Assembly (NCBI GenBank): GCA_963730185.1
Contig: CAVSQW010000008.1
Span: 512,001 to 576,000, forward strand
Length of the DNA: 64,000 bases
Source: an uncultured Gemmatimonadales bacterium
GTDB taxonomy: Bacteria > Gemmatimonadota > Gemmatimonadetes > Gemmatimonadales > GWC2-71-9
Reading direction: 5' to 3'
This document shows positions 39,872 through 51,137 of the stretch, piece by piece; the first letter of the stretch is position 1, and the number at the start of each line of letters is the position of its first letter. Both the position numbers and the translations under genes were made by a program. The notes beneath the pieces are model-generated. The model worked only from the letters and a program-made list of their open reading frames with translations, ran no database searches and was not told the origin of the DNA.

Positions 39872-41941
39872 TCAGCGCGAGGCGAGCGACACGAACCAGG
39901 GCGCCAGCACCAGCGACACCACGCTCATCAGCTTGATGAGGATGTTCATGGCCGGGCCCGAGGTGTCCTTGAACGGATCGCCCACGGTGTCGCCGACGAC
40001 GGCCGCCTTGTGGGGATCGGAGCCCTTGCCGCCGTGCGCGCCCGACTCGATGTACTTCTTGGCGTTGTCCCAGGCCCCGCCGGCGTTGGCCATGAAGAGC
40101 GCCATCATCACGCCGGTGACGGTGGCGCCGGCCAGCACGCCGCCCAGCGCCCGGACGCCCAGGAGCGAGCCCACCAGCACGGGCAACAGCACCGCCGCCA
40201 CACCCGGCACCACCATCTCCCGGAGGGCCGCCCTGGTGGAGATGTCCACGCAGCGGGCGCTATCGGGCAGGACGCCCTCCTTGCCCTCGAGCAGGCCCGG
40301 AATCTCCCGGAACTGCCGGCGCACCTCTTCCACCATCCCCTGCGCCGCCCGGCCCACGGCCGTCATGGTCTGGGCGCCGACGAAGAACGGCATCACCCCG
40401 CCGATGAAGAGGCCGATCACCACCATCGGGTCGATCAGGTTGAGCCCCTCGGTGTTGAGGCCCACGGCCGACGCGTAGGCGCTGAACAGGGCCAAAGCCG
40501 TCAGGGCCGCCGAGCCGATGGCGAAGCCTTTGCCGATGGCCGCGGTGGTGTTGCCCAGGGCGTCGAGGCCGTCGGTGATCTTCCGGACGTCCTTGCCGAG
40601 ATGGCTCATCTCGGCGATCCCGCCGGCGTTGTCGGCGATCGGACCGTAGGCGTCGACCGTCATCGTCACCCCGACCGTGGCCAGCATGCCCACCGCCGCG
40701 ATCGAGATCCCGTAGAGTCCCGCCATCTGGTACGACGTGAAGGTCGCGATGCAGATCAGGATTACCGGGACGATGCAGCTCTGCATCCCGACGGCGAGGC
40801 CGGCGATGATGTTGGTCGCGGGGCCGGTCTCGGACGCTTGGGCGATCCGGCGGACCGGACCGGCCGCGGTGTAGTACTCGGTGGCCAGGCCGATCAGGAT
40901 GCCGGCCACGCTGCCCGCCAGCACCGACCAGAAGGGGCCGAGCGGGGGATAGACCAGTGAGCCGTTGGGCTCCAACATCCCGAGCGGCATGCGAGCGGTC
41001 AGGAAATAGGCGAAGACGAGAAAGAGCCCGGCCGCGATGAACGTGACCTGTCGAAGGGCGCCGGCCGGGTTCCCCTTGGCGAGGAGGCGCATCATGAAGA
41101 CGCCGATCAACGACGCGACCAGCCCCGACGCCGTGAAGGCGATCGGGAGCAGCATGGCGGTCAGCCGGTTGCCGTCGGGGATCCGGGTCGAGGTGGCGGC
41201 CAGCGCGATGGTGGCGATCATCGCGCCCACGTAGCTCTCGAAAATGTCGGCGCCGAGGCCGGCCACGTCGCCCACGTTGTCGCCGACGTTGTCGGCGATG
41301 GTGGCGGGGTTCCGGGGGTCGTCCTCCGGGATGCCGGCCTCGATCTTCCCGACCAGGTCGGCGCCCACGTCGGCGGCCTTGGTGTAGATCCCGCCGCCCA
41401 CCCGGGCGAAGAGCGCGATCGACGAGGCACCCATCGCGAAGCCCGCAATGATCTCGGAGAAGGCCTTCACGTCGGTGCTCAGCTCCACCCGTCCCAGCAC
41501 CACGAACACCGTCGCCACGCCGGCCAAGCCCAGGGACGCCACCGCGAGCCCCATGACCGCGCCACCGGAGAACGCGGTCCGGAGGGCCCGGGCCTGGCCC
41601 GCGTCCCGCGCGGCTTCGGCGGTCCGGACGTTGGCCTTGGTGGCCCCCTGCATCCCGATCCAGCCGCTCAGGATCGAGCAGAGCCCGCCCAGGGCGTAGG
41701 CCATCCCCGTCTTGGGGCCGACGGCGAACCCGAGGAGCACGGCAACCAGGACCAGAAACGGCACCAGCACGAGGTACTCGCGCCGCAGGAAGGCCATCGC
41801 GCCGACGTGGATCTGGTCGGCGAGGCCTCTCATGATGGCCGATCCGTCGGGCTGACGCTTGAGCCCGACATAGGTGAGCGCGGTCGCGACCAGGCCGGCC
41901 GCGGCCACGATGAGGGCGTACAACGCGAGGTTGGTGATCAT
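39872..41941 (-). CDS. hppA: Membrane-bound pyrophosphatase, K+-dependent and probably Na+-translocating
   Basis: [53 protein letters not shown]. Confidence 0.95.
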   Translation of the reverse strand: MITNLALYALIVAAAGLVATALTYVGLKRQPDGSAIMRGLADQIHVGAMAFLRREYLVLVPFLVLVAVLLGFAVGPKTGMAYALGGLCSILSGWIGMQGATKANVRTAEAARDAGQARALRTAFSGGAVMGLAVASLGLAGVATVFVVLGRVELSTDVKAFSEIIAGFAMGASSIALFARVGGGIYTKAADVGADLVGKIEAGIPEDDPRNPATIADNVGDNVGDVAGLGADIFESYVGAMIATIALAATSTRIPDGNRLTAMLLPIAFTASGLVASLIGVFMMRLLAKGNPAGALRQVTFIAAGLFLVFAYFLTARMPLGMLEPNGSLVYPPLGPFWSVLAGSVAGILIGLATEYYTAAGPVRRIAQASETGPATNIIAGLAVGMQSCIVPVILICIATFTSYQMAGLYGISIAAVGMLATVGVTMTVDAYGPIADNAGGIAEMSHLGKDVRKITDGLDALGNTTAAIGKGFAIGSAALTALALFSAYASAVGLNTEGLNLIDPMVVIGLFIGGVMPFFVGAQTMTAVGRAAQGMVEEVRRQFREIPGLLEGKEGVLPDSARCVDISTRAALREMVVPGVAAVLLPVLVGSLLGVRALGGVLAGATVTGVMMALFMANAGGAWDNAKKYIESGAHGGKGSDPHKAAVVGDTVGDPFKDTSGPAMNILIKLMSVVSLVLAPWFVSLASR

Positions 41942-42627
41942 CGGTTTCTAGGGGTTGGTGGCTCGGGGCCACGGTCCGTTTGTCCGTCCGCCTGGTCCTT
42001 CGCTTGCCGGTCCTGCCCGTCGTCCTCGTCCGCCTTGCCCGACTGAGCGTCCACCTGTCCAGCCGTCCGGTTGTGGCGATTCATCGCCACGTCGATCCCC
42101 TCGGTCAGCCAGCACTCCACCGCGTCCGCCATGGGGTCGAGCAGGGCCTCGATGGCCTCCGCCTCGTCGGGCTCGAACGGGTCGAGCACGTAGTCGGCCA
42201 TGTCGTCGTACTCCGGGGGCAGGGGCCCCACCCCGATCCGGAGCCGGGCGTACTCGGGCGACCGGAGGGCCCCTTCGACGCTCCGCAGTCCGTTGTGTCC
42301 CCCCGGCGAGCCCTTGGCCCGGAGGCGGAACCGGCCAACCGGGAGGGCCACCTCGTCGACCAGCACGAGCAGGTTGCGCGCCGGGTCGAAGCCGGGGTCG
42401 GCCCGGCGCGGACTCAGCACCGCGCCACTCCGGTTCATGTAGGTGAGCGGCTTGATCAGCTCCACGGCCGTGCCGCGTCCCGTGCCCCGCGCCACCCGCA
42501 TCGGGCCCTCGCGCCGGAACTTGAGGCCCCAACGCTCCGCCAGGCGGTCGGCCAGGAGGAAGCCCGCGTTGTGCCGGGTGCCTTCGTACTCGACGCCCGG
42601 GTTGCCCAGGCCGACGATGACCGGCAG
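41938..42627 (-). CDS. pth: Peptidyl-tRNA hydrolase (inferred CTG start)
   Basis: The frame stays open upstream of the listed ORF: (CTG)[40 protein letters not shown]. Confidence 0.93.
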   Translation of the reverse strand: MPVIVGLGNPGVEYEGTRHNAGFLLADRLAERWGLKFRREGPMRVARGTGRGTAVELIKPLTYMNRSGAVLSPRRADPGFDPARNLLVLVDEVALPVGRFRLRAKGSPGGHNGLRSVEGALRSPEYARLRIGVGPLPPEYDDMADYVLDPFEPDEAEAIEALLDPMADAVECWLTEGIDVAMNRHNRTAGQVDAQSGKADEDDGQDRQAKDQADGQTDRGPEPPTPRNR

Positions 42628-42642
42628 GGTCCGTCTCCCCGG

Positions 42643-43305
42643 CTACTCGGCTTCTTCCTCGTCGGTCGGCTTCGGCTTCCGGATCAGTTCGGGTTCGGTG
42701 GTCGCCTCGACCTCGATGCCCGGCTCGACCGGCGCCTCCTCGACCTTGGCCGCCACGATCGTGCAGAGGGTGACTCCCGCGTCGGTCAGGAGCTCGCCCT
42801 TCTCGATCCGAATGTCGCGCACGTGGAGCGACTGGCCCACCACGAGGGCGGTCACGTCGACCTCGATCTTGTCCGGGATGTCTCCCGGGAGGACCAGGAT
42901 CTCGAGCTCGTGGCGGAGCGCCTCGAACACGCCGCCGCCGTTCCGGACCCCGTCGGCCACGCCGGTAAACGCGATCGGCACCTCGACGCTGATGGCCTCG
43001 TCGGCGTGGACCTCGTAGAAGTCCACGTGGAGGATGTCCGAGGGCCGGGTCGGGTTCCGCTGGATCTCGCGGATCAGGGCCTTGATCGGGGTGCGGTCGG
43101 CCACCGTCACGTCGACCAGGGTGGTGAGGGCGCTCACCCTGGCCAGCAACCGCTCCAAGGCGGTGGCATCCAGGTCGAGGGCCTCCGGGTCGCGGCCCCG
43201 GCCGTAGATGACGGCGGGTACCCGCCCGGCGCGGCGGAGCGTGCGGGCCACACCCTTGCCGGTGGTGGTGCGGGCGTTGGCCGAGAGCGAAGCTGTCTGG
43301 GGCAT
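42643..43305 (-). CDS. rplY: 50S ribosomal protein L25/Ctc
   Basis: GKG.AR.LRR.G.VPAVIYG, HVDF, G...GV..GG. Confidence 0.95.
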   Translation of the reverse strand: MPQTASLSANARTTTGKGVARTLRRAGRVPAVIYGRGRDPEALDLDATALERLLARVSALTTLVDVTVADRTPIKALIREIQRNPTRPSDILHVDFYEVHADEAISVEVPIAFTGVADGVRNGGGVFEALRHELEILVLPGDIPDKIEVDVTALVVGQSLHVRDIRIEKGELLTDAGVTLCTIVAAKVEEAPVEPGIEVEATTEPELIRKPKPTDEEEAE

Positions 43306-43324
43306 CCTTGGTATTCCTTCCGTC

Positions 43325-44284
43325 TCAATCGAACAGCGAGCTGACCGACTGGTCGCTGTGGGTATAGCCGATCGCCTTGGCGAGGAGCCCCGCGATCGAA
43401 AGCACCTTCAACTTGTCGAAGACCTTGGCCTCGGGGATCGCGATCGTGTTGGTGACCGCGATCTCCTTCACCGGCGCCTCCACCAGCCGCTCGACGGCCG
43501 GCCCGCTCAGCAGGGCGTGGGTGGCGCAAATGTAAATGTCGCCGGCCCCGAGCCGCTTCAGCGCGACCGCCGCCTCGGCCATGGTGCCGCCGGTATCGAT
43601 CATGTCGTCGGGGATGAGGCAGTCCTTGCCCTCCACGTCGCCCACGACGTTGACCACTTCCGCCACGTTCATCGCGGTCCGCCGCTTGTCGATGATCGCG
43701 AAGCCGGCGTTCAGCCGCTTGGCGAACCCGCGGGCCATCTTGGCGCCGCCCACGTCCGAGGCCACCACCGCCAGGTTCTGGAGATTCTTCTGGCGATAGT
43801 GGTTCACGAACACCGGGGCCGAATAGAGATGGTCGACCGGCAGATCGAAGAAACCCTGGAGCTGATGCTGATGGAAATCGATCGCCAGGACCCGGTCGGC
43901 GCCCGCAATCGACACCATGTTGGCCATCAGCTTGGCGCTGATTGCCACCCGGGGCTGGTCCTTCCGGTCCTGGCGCGCGTAGCCGAAGTACGGAATGACC
44001 GAGGTGATCCGAGCGGCGCTGGCCCGCCGGGCGGCATCCATCAGGAGCAGGAGCTCGAGAAGATTGTCGCCCGGCGGGTTAGTGGGCTGAATGATATAGA
44101 CGTCGCGTCCCCGCACGTTCTCGTCGATCTTGACGAAGATCTCGCCGTCCGAGAACCGCCGAATGGTCGCCTTGCAAAGCGGCTGCCCGAGCTCGCTCGA
44201 CACCTGTTCGGAGAGACTCCGATTGGCCGTGCCCGAGAGAAGCATCATGGGGCTCAGGACCTGCGATTGGTTCGCCAAAGCCAT
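43325..44284 (-). CDS. prs: Ribose-phosphate pyrophosphokinase
   Basis: FSDGEI.V, PYFGYARQDRK, QGFFD, DDMIDTGGT. Confidence 0.96.
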   Translation of the reverse strand: MALANQSQVLSPMMLLSGTANRSLSEQVSSELGQPLCKATIRRFSDGEIFVKIDENVRGRDVYIIQPTNPPGDNLLELLLLMDAARRASAARITSVIPYFGYARQDRKDQPRVAISAKLMANMVSIAGADRVLAIDFHQHQLQGFFDLPVDHLYSAPVFVNHYRQKNLQNLAVVASDVGGAKMARGFAKRLNAGFAIIDKRRTAMNVAEVVNVVGDVEGKDCLIPDDMIDTGGTMAEAAVALKRLGAGDIYICATHALLSGPAVERLVEAPVKEIAVTNTIAIPEAKVFDKLKVLSIAGLLAKAIGYTHSDQSVSSLFD

Positions 44285-44447
44285 AGCCCCTAAATCTATT
44301 CTGGCGAGTCGGTTAGAGCAATGCGCGCGGGAGGGCTGCGCTGATCGACCCAATCAGCACCGGAGGGTGCGGCGGGGTGGGAGGGACGGGGAGGGTGGGG
44401 GGCCGCCAGCGCCCCGGAACCCCTCCCCGCCGCCCTCGCCCTGGTTC

Positions 44448-47400
44448 CTACCGCTCGGGTGGGCCCCGCTTCTCGTATCTCGGCCTGGCGGGCGGGGTTG
44501 GTGGGTGCGCCTTCAACTGATCCGTCACCTCGCGGATGGCCCGGTCGAGCTGGGGGTCGACGCCCCGGGCCAGCTGGGCGGGGTCGTCCACCACCGGGAT
44601 GTCCGGCTCGACGCCGTGACCCTCCGGGAACCAGGTCCCCTTGGGGTCGTACATCCGGAAGGTGGGTGAGGTGATGGTCCCGCCGTCCACCAGGGTCGGC
44701 AGCCCGGAGATCCCGATCAGCCCGCCCCAGGTACGCTGGCCGATCAAGGGGCCGAGCCCGGCTTCCCGGAAGAAGAAGGGGAAGGCGTCGCCGCCCGACC
44801 CGCTCCAGCCATTGATCAGCATGGCCATCGGCCCGCGGTGCGCCACCGGCGGCCACTGCCAGTCCTGGCCGAAGCGCACCGCCCAGTAGGCCAGCATGGG
44901 GCGGTTCAGCAGCTCGATGAAGCGGTCCGGGATCTGGCCGCCGCTGTTCCACCGCTCGTCGACGATCAGGCCGGGCTTCTTCCACTGGGCCATGAACTGT
45001 CGCACCAGCTCGTCCTGCGCGTCCTGGCCGGTGCTCTGGACGTAGAGGTAACCGACCTGGCCATCGGTCGCCTTGTCGACCTGCTCCCGGCGCCGCTCGA
45101 TCCACTCCCGGAAGCGGAGCTCGACCTCGCTCGGGATCGTGGTCACCAGCACCGTCACGGGCCCCGGCCGGGGTCGGCCGGTCGTTGACCGTGAGGCGCA
45201 CGGTCTGGCCGGCGAGGCCCTGGAACGCGGCCCACGGGTCCTTGGCCGGGTCGAGGGGGATGCCGTTGACGGCCAGGACGTAGTCGCCCTCGTGGATGCT
45301 CACGCCGGGCTGGTCCAGCGGGGGCCCGGGCGTCGGCATCCCAGGGGCCGCCCTTCACGATGTGGGCGATCCGGTAGGCGCCGCCGTCGAGCGCCCAGTC
45401 GACCCCGAGCATCCCGACCCCGCGGGCGGGCCCCCGCTCCTCGTCGCCGCCGCCGTTGTAGGTGTGCGACGAGCTCAGCTCGGCGATGAACTCGCCCAGG
45501 ACCCAGTTCACGTCCCAGCGGGTGACGGCGTCGTCGATCAGCTTGCCGTAGCGGTCCCGCATCGCCTCCCAGTCGACCCCGTGCATGTTGGGGTCGTAGA
45601 AGTAGTCGCGCTCGAAGCGATAGGCGTCGGTGAAGATCTGCTTCCACTCGGCCCGCGGGTTCACCGTCGCCTCCATCTCGGCGGTCCGGAGCGGCTTCTC
45701 GAACTTCTGACCCGGCTTGAGGTCGACGATCGCGAAGGCCCGCCGCTGGCGGACCAGGAGCTTCTTGCCGTCGGCGCTCAGCTGGACGCCGGCGGCGTCG
45801 TCGAGGACCGTCTGCTCCTTCCGCTCGGCCAGGTCGTAGTAGACCACCGGGCTCTTGTCGTCGGCGGAGCCGGTCCGGGGGCGGCGGCGGTAGACGACCT
45901 TGCCCTTGGCCGCGCCGAGGTCGGCGTAGTTCCCCGCGGCCGGGGGCAGGATCACGGCCCGGCTCTCGAAGCCCGTCGAGGTCGATCTCCACGGGCTTGG
46001 TCCCGGTGTCGCCGGCGGCCGACTTGGGACCGGCGGCGGGTCTTGGCGGTGGCCTTGGCGGCCGCGGAGGTGTCGGCGGCGTCCGGCTCGGCATCGTCGC
46101 GCGCGGCCAGGGGCGACGGCACGTCGGGCCGGAGCGGGACCGCGATGATCCGGGTCGGGTTGGGGTAGGTCCAGCTGTTGTCGAAGGCGCCGTAGACGGC
46201 GTCGAAGGTCCGGTTGGAGAAGAAGTAGAGATACTTCCCGTCGGGGTCGAACACCGGGTCGGCGTCGCTGAAGTAGCCGCTGGTGGCCTGGCTGAGGCGG
46301 CCGTTGGCGGCGTCGTACAGGAACACCGCGCTGTTCGAGGTCGCGATGACCGGGCGGGCATAGCTCAGCCAGCGCGAATCGGGCGACCAGGCCATCCGGA
46401 AGCCGTTGAGGGCCCCGTCGCTGGCCCAGACGCGGCTGGAGTCGATGACACTGGTCCGGTTCCGGTCCAGGTCGTAGAGGTGGATCCGGGCCCGCTGGTC
46501 GACGAACGCCAGCTTCTTGCCGTCGGGCGACCAGTAGGGGGTGTAGCGGAAGCCGGCGCCGAGACTGGTGAGCGTGCGCTCGGCGCCGGAGCCGTCGGCG
46601 GGCCGGACGGTCAGCTCGTACTCGCCGGAGCGATCGCTGAAGTAGGCGACGCTCTTGCCGTCCGGCGACCAGCTCGGGTTTCGCTCGGCCACGCCGGAGC
46701 TCCGGGTCAGGTCGAGCACCGGCCCGTGCTCGGCCGGAACGGTGAAGAGGTCGCCCCGGGCCGCGAACAGGGCCCGCTTGCCGGTGGGCGAGATCCAGGC
46801 CGACTGGATCAGCCCGGCGACCGGCTCCTGCCGGGGCCGGAGGGTGATCGCGTCGGTCACCACCTGAACCGGCACCTCGACCTGCCGCTCGGTGGGCAGC
46901 TCCAGCCGATAGAGCCGGCCGCCGGCCTGGAAGACGATGTCGGACGGGCCGATGGCGGGGAAGGTGATGTCGAAGTCGCGGAAGTGGGTCACCTGGCGCA
47001 TCGCCTTGGTGCCCCGGTTCCAGGCCCAGATGTTGTACCGCTGCTCGGGGCCGCGGTCGGAGAGGAAGTAGAGCGTGTCGCCGTGCCACATCGGCTGGCC
47101 GTCGTTGGCCGGATTGTCGGTGATGTTGACGGCCGACGAATCGGTCAGGTCGAAGACCCAGATGTCGGGGGCCCAGCCGCCCCGGTAGCGCTTCCAGTTC
47201 CGGAAGTCGCGCGACTTGGGGGTGTAGGCGAGCAGCCGCCCGTCGGGCGAGATCGCGCCGAACTCGCCATAGGGCAGCGGCAGCTTCGTCGGGCAGGCCC
47301 GCCGTCCGCGTCGACCCGGTAGAGCTGGTTGTAACGCTGGCGGCCGCTCTCCCGGCTCGAGGCGAACAGCAGCGCGCTTGCCGTCGGGGTGCCAGTCGAC

Positions 47401-47762
47401 CAGGCGGTCCGGCATGGGGTGGTAGGTGACCCGCACCGGCATCGCCGCCGGTCGGTGGGGATCACGTAGACGTCCTGGTTGCCGTCGTAGTTGGCGGTGA
47501 AGGCGATCCGGGTGCCGTCGGGCGAGAACCGGGGGAACGACTCCTCGCCCCGCGGCGAGCTGAGCCGGTGGGCGACGCCGCCGGTCTTGGGCACGACCCA
47601 GATGTCGCCGGCGTAGACGAAGGTGATCTCGGTGGCGGAGACGTCCGGGTAGCGGAACATCCGGGCGTCGACCTGCGCGGCGAGCCTCGAGGGCCCGAGC
47701 GCGACGGCTATGGTGGCAAGCGCGAAGAGAGAGCGCACGGTAGAACTCCCGTGAAGAGGCAC
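44448..47762 (-). CDS. Tricorn-like S41B protease (beta-propellers, PDZ, catalytic domain), split by frameshifts
   Basis: Signal peptide, YAGDIW, SPDG repeats, FYDPNMHGVDW, SSSHTY, DERWNSGG, SGSGGDAF, RTWGG, EGHGVEPD. Confidence 0.88.
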
Positions 47763-47830
47763 GGCGGTCGAACTGCAGTGCCAGGGAGCCTATGGACCCG
47801 GTCGGCGGGCGTCAACCTCGGCGGGCCGGA

Positions 47831-49318
47831 TCAGTGGGCGTCGGCGTTCCGGATCAGGTTGGTGAAGAACCCCACCGAGGTGGCGAAGTCGTCGACCCCG
47901 ACCCGTTCGTCGGTGCCGTGGACCCGCTCGAGGTCGCCGTCCTTGAGGGCCACGCCCAGGAAGCGGAAGACCCGGTCGCTGTGGGGCGCCCAGTACTTGG
48001 CGTCGGTGCCCCCCATGACCAGGTAGGGAAGGACCGGGAGGGCCTGGCCGGGGAGCATCTGCCGGATCGACCGGGTTACGATTTCGTAGCCGGGCGATTG
48101 CACGTCGGACACCAGCGAGGGATCGACCCCGGTGCTGTCGAGCAGCGCCACCGTGACCCGGGCGTCGCCGATGGTGCGGGTGACCCGCTCCCGGACCGTG
48201 GCAATGGTTTCGCCCGGGGAGGATCCGGAAGTTCACGACGCCGTCGCCTCGGTCGGGAGCACGTTGTCCTTGATCCCGGCCTGGAGCATGGTCGGCGCGG
48301 TGGTGGTGCGCAGCATCGCCGCGGTGGAGGGCGTGGCGCTCATCGCGCCGGTGACCACGGGCCGGAAGAGCCAGAGGTTGGCGAGCGCGAGCCGCCGAGC
48401 CGAAGGGCACCCCGGGCCGCCATGGCGTCGAGGAGTCCTGCGACCGGGCGCCGTGAGCGCGAGCCGGGAAGGGGTGTTCTTCGAGGCGCGTGATGCGCCC
48501 GGGCCAGGGTCCCGACCGCGGTCTCGCGGGGCGGCATCGACGAGTGGCCCCCGGCGGCCTTCGCGGTGAGGGCTCGAGGCTCACGTAGCCCTTCTCGGCG
48601 ATGCCCACGATCGCCGTCGGACCCTCGACGCCCGGCACGAGCTCCCTCGGTCATCGCGCCGCCCTCGTCCAGCGACCAGGTACGGCTGACCCCGCGGCCG
48701 CCAGCAGCGTCGACGATCCGCCGGGCGCCGTAGCGCCGCCGACCTCCTCGTCGTGGCCGAAGGCAGAGGTAGAAGGTCCGGGCTCGGGCTGGAGGCCCTT
48801 GCTGGAGCAGCGACTCGATCGCCTCGAGGATCCCGACCACGCGTCACCTTGTCGTCGAGGGCGCCGCGCCCCCAGACGAAGCCGTCGGCGATCTCGCCCG
48901 CGAAGGGCGGGTGGGTCCAGTCGGCGGGGCTTCGTTCGGGCACCGGGACCACGTCCTGGTGGCCCATCAGCACCAGCGGCGGGAGGGTGGGGTCGGTGCC
49001 GCGCCAGGTGTAGAGGAGGCTCAGCCCGCCGACCACCTCGCGCTGGAGGTGCTGGGTGACGAGGGGATGGGTGTCGGCCAGATACTGGTGGAGGCCGAGG
49101 AAGGCGGTCGTGTCGATCGGGCCGCCGGACGAGAGCGAGACGGTGGGAAAGCGCACCGCGCCGGCCAGGTGCTCCGCGGCCTGATGGTGATCGAGCTGGG
49201 GCGGGACGCCGGCCGGGACCTCGGCGGAGGAAGGCGGGCGGACCAGCAGGGTGCGAGCGACCATAACCCCCGCGAGGGCCAGCAAGAGGAGCACGACGAC
49301 GCCGAGGAGCTTCTTCAT
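47831..49318 (-). CDS. M20 family peptidase (PM20D1/carboxypeptidase S-like), split by many frameshifts
   Basis: GHQDVVP, WGRGALDDK, GHDEE, IAEKG, GGHSSMPP, GGTDAK, HGTDER across frames. Confidence 0.85.
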
Positions 49319-49385
49319 CCGAAAGCCTGGGGAGGGGACGCGATAAGCCTACTGGCGGACGGCCAAGGGGGCCAGGGCGGCGGCC

Positions 49386-49416
49386 GGTAACCCAGTCAAA
49401 CCGGAGGCCGTATATT
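49386..49416 (+). promoter_or_regulatory. Candidate promoter for the downstream lipoprotein gene (ECF-like GGTAAC-N17-CGTA, or -10 TATATT)
   Basis: GGTAAC 49386-49391, CGTA 49409-49412, TATATT 49411-49416. Confidence 0.3.
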
Positions 49417-49551
49417 CGGGAACCCGGCCCTGGGGAGGAGTCTCCCGCGGGCCGGAGGACCACCCACCGGTGACCGACGAACAGGACCATACGGGTTCGC
49501 AATCGCAGGACTGACGGGTGGTCACGAGACCCACTCGCAGAGGAGGACCCG

Positions 49552-50097
49552 ATGTCGAATCTTGCCTCGCGCGCGTCCGTCGCCGTGTGGACGTTGACGG
49601 CGCTGACGATGCTGACGGGTTGTGGGAGTGGGAAGTCGCGGCCGGCTGCCAATACGCCGGCAACGATCGATCAGGACAGCGCCGCGGCGGAATCGGTGCT
49701 CGCTTCGTTCGGCAAGGCCAAGGCGCCGGCCGTTCCCAAGGTACCGTTCAACGGCCAACCCTGTCAGTCGCTCTCGGTCGCCGACCTGAACTCGCTCGGC
49801 ATCGGGACGGACCAAGCGAAGCCGGATCGTGCTCCGGCCACCCTGACGATCGACAACTATTGCACCTACACCAGCAACAGCCAGGACGCGCAGGTGGGGT
49901 ACATGACGGAGGGCGACTACGACATGAACCACGACGGGAACCGGCGGACCTCGCGCGCGGCGCCGGCGGACCTGCGCGGCGCGTTTTATGATCGCCAGGG
50001 TGGGCTCTGGTTCGCGAAGGATGGCTACTACGTGGTGATCGCCGGCGCGAGCCGCTACAAGGAGCAGGTGGCCCACATCGTCGTCGCCAAGCTCTGA
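49552..50097 (+). CDS. Hypothetical lipoprotein (DUF3558-like)
   Basis: SD GAGGAGG; lipobox LTGC; PC..LS..DL..LG...C.Y pattern. Confidence 0.65.
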   Translation: MSNLASRASVAVWTLTALTMLTGCGSGKSRPAANTPATIDQDSAAAESVLASFGKAKAPAVPKVPFNGQPCQSLSVADLNSLGIGTDQAKPDRAPATLTIDNYCTYTSNSQDAQVGYMTEGDYDMNHDGNRRTSRAAPADLRGAFYDRQGGLWFAKDGYYVVIAGASRYKEQVAHIVVAKL

Positions 50098-50136
50098 CGG
50101 GGCGGCGGGCGAGGCGGTTCGGGGAGCTCGGTGCAA

Positions 50137-50207
50137 TTGGCCCCGGTGGATTCGAACCACCATTCTCAGATCCAAAGTCTGATGTCCTGCCATTGGACGA
50201 GGGGCCA
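50137..50207 (-). tRNA. tRNA-Gln (UUG), CCA not encoded
   Basis: TGGCCCCTCGTCCAATGGCAGGACATCAGACTTTGGATCTGAGAATGGTGGTTCGAATCCACCGGGGCCAA: acceptor stem TGGCCCC/GGGGCCA, anticodon stem TCAGA/TCTGA, T-loop TTCGAAT. Confidence 0.97.
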
Positions 50208-50260
50208 GCGGTCGACCGGCTAAGGTTAATCCCCGGCCGCCCGACGAGAAAGGTTGCGGC

Positions 50261-51137
50261 TCAGGCGGTCTCCGTCGCCACGACCGCCCCGAGTTTCCGC
50301 CCCAGGGTCATCTTGGCGTCGTCCCGGTCGCGCTCGCTCCGGTACACGCCGAAGACGGTCGATCCGGATCCGCTCATCCGGCAGAGCAGCGGGCCGGTGC
50401 CGGCCAGCGCTTCGAACGCGGCCCGCACCTCGGGCACCTTCCCGAACACCGCCGACTCGAAGTCGTTGCCCGCCATCCGGGCCACGTCGCTCCAGCGGGA
50501 GACCGCGTCGAGGTCGAGGCAGAGCGAGCCCTCGGGAGCCGGCGTGCTCCCGGGCGGCGTCGACCCAGGCGTAGGCCTCGCGGGTGGCGATCGAGACCGG
50601 GGGGCTCACCAGCAGCGCCGGAGCGCGGGGCAGGGGCGGGAGGCGGAGCAGGCGCTCGCCGTGGCCCCACCCCAGCGCCAGGGAGGCCTCGCTGAGCAGG
50701 AACGGCACGTCGGCGCCGAGCCGGGCGGCGTAGTGAAAGAGCTCGGCCCGGGGCACGGCGTTCCCGGCCAGCTGGCTCACCGCCAGAATCGCCGCCGCCC
50801 CGTCCGACGAGCCGCCGCCCAGGCCGGCTCCGACCGGAATCCGCTTGGTGAGCCGGAGATGGACGCCGAACCGGTTGCCGGTGGCGGCCAGCACCAGCTT
50901 GGCTCCCCGAACTGCCAGGTTCTCCTCGGCCGGTCCCAGGTCGGGCCCGTCCGTCTCGAGGCTGACCACGCCGCCCTCGCCCCGCCGCTCCACCACCAGC
51001 TCGTCGGCCAGGGCGAGACGACAGAAAAGGGTTTCGATCCCGTGGTATCCGCTCGTCTCCCGCGCCAGCACCCGGAGCAGGAGGTTGACTTTGGCGGGCG
51101 CCTCCCTGGTAACGGCGTCGGGCGCGGTGGCGGTCAC
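50261..51137 (-). CDS. ispE: 4-diphosphocytidyl-2-C-methyl-D-erythritol kinase (one frameshift near 50520)
   Basis: APAKVNL.L, KRIPVGAGLGGGSSDGAA, LGADVPF, NDFE, MSGSGSTVFG. Confidence 0.93.

Noticed and set aside
41938..42627. pth truncated or frameshifted
   Set aside because: The frame is continuous upstream of the listed ATG; only the start codon is atypical.
49470..49545. Hammerhead-like ribozyme (CTGACG...)
   Set aside because: Lacks the CUGANGA and GAAA core in the required arrangement.
44285..50207. Active integrative element or prophage at tRNA-Gln
   Set aside because: No integrase, phage or conjugation genes, and no duplicated tRNA 3' end found.
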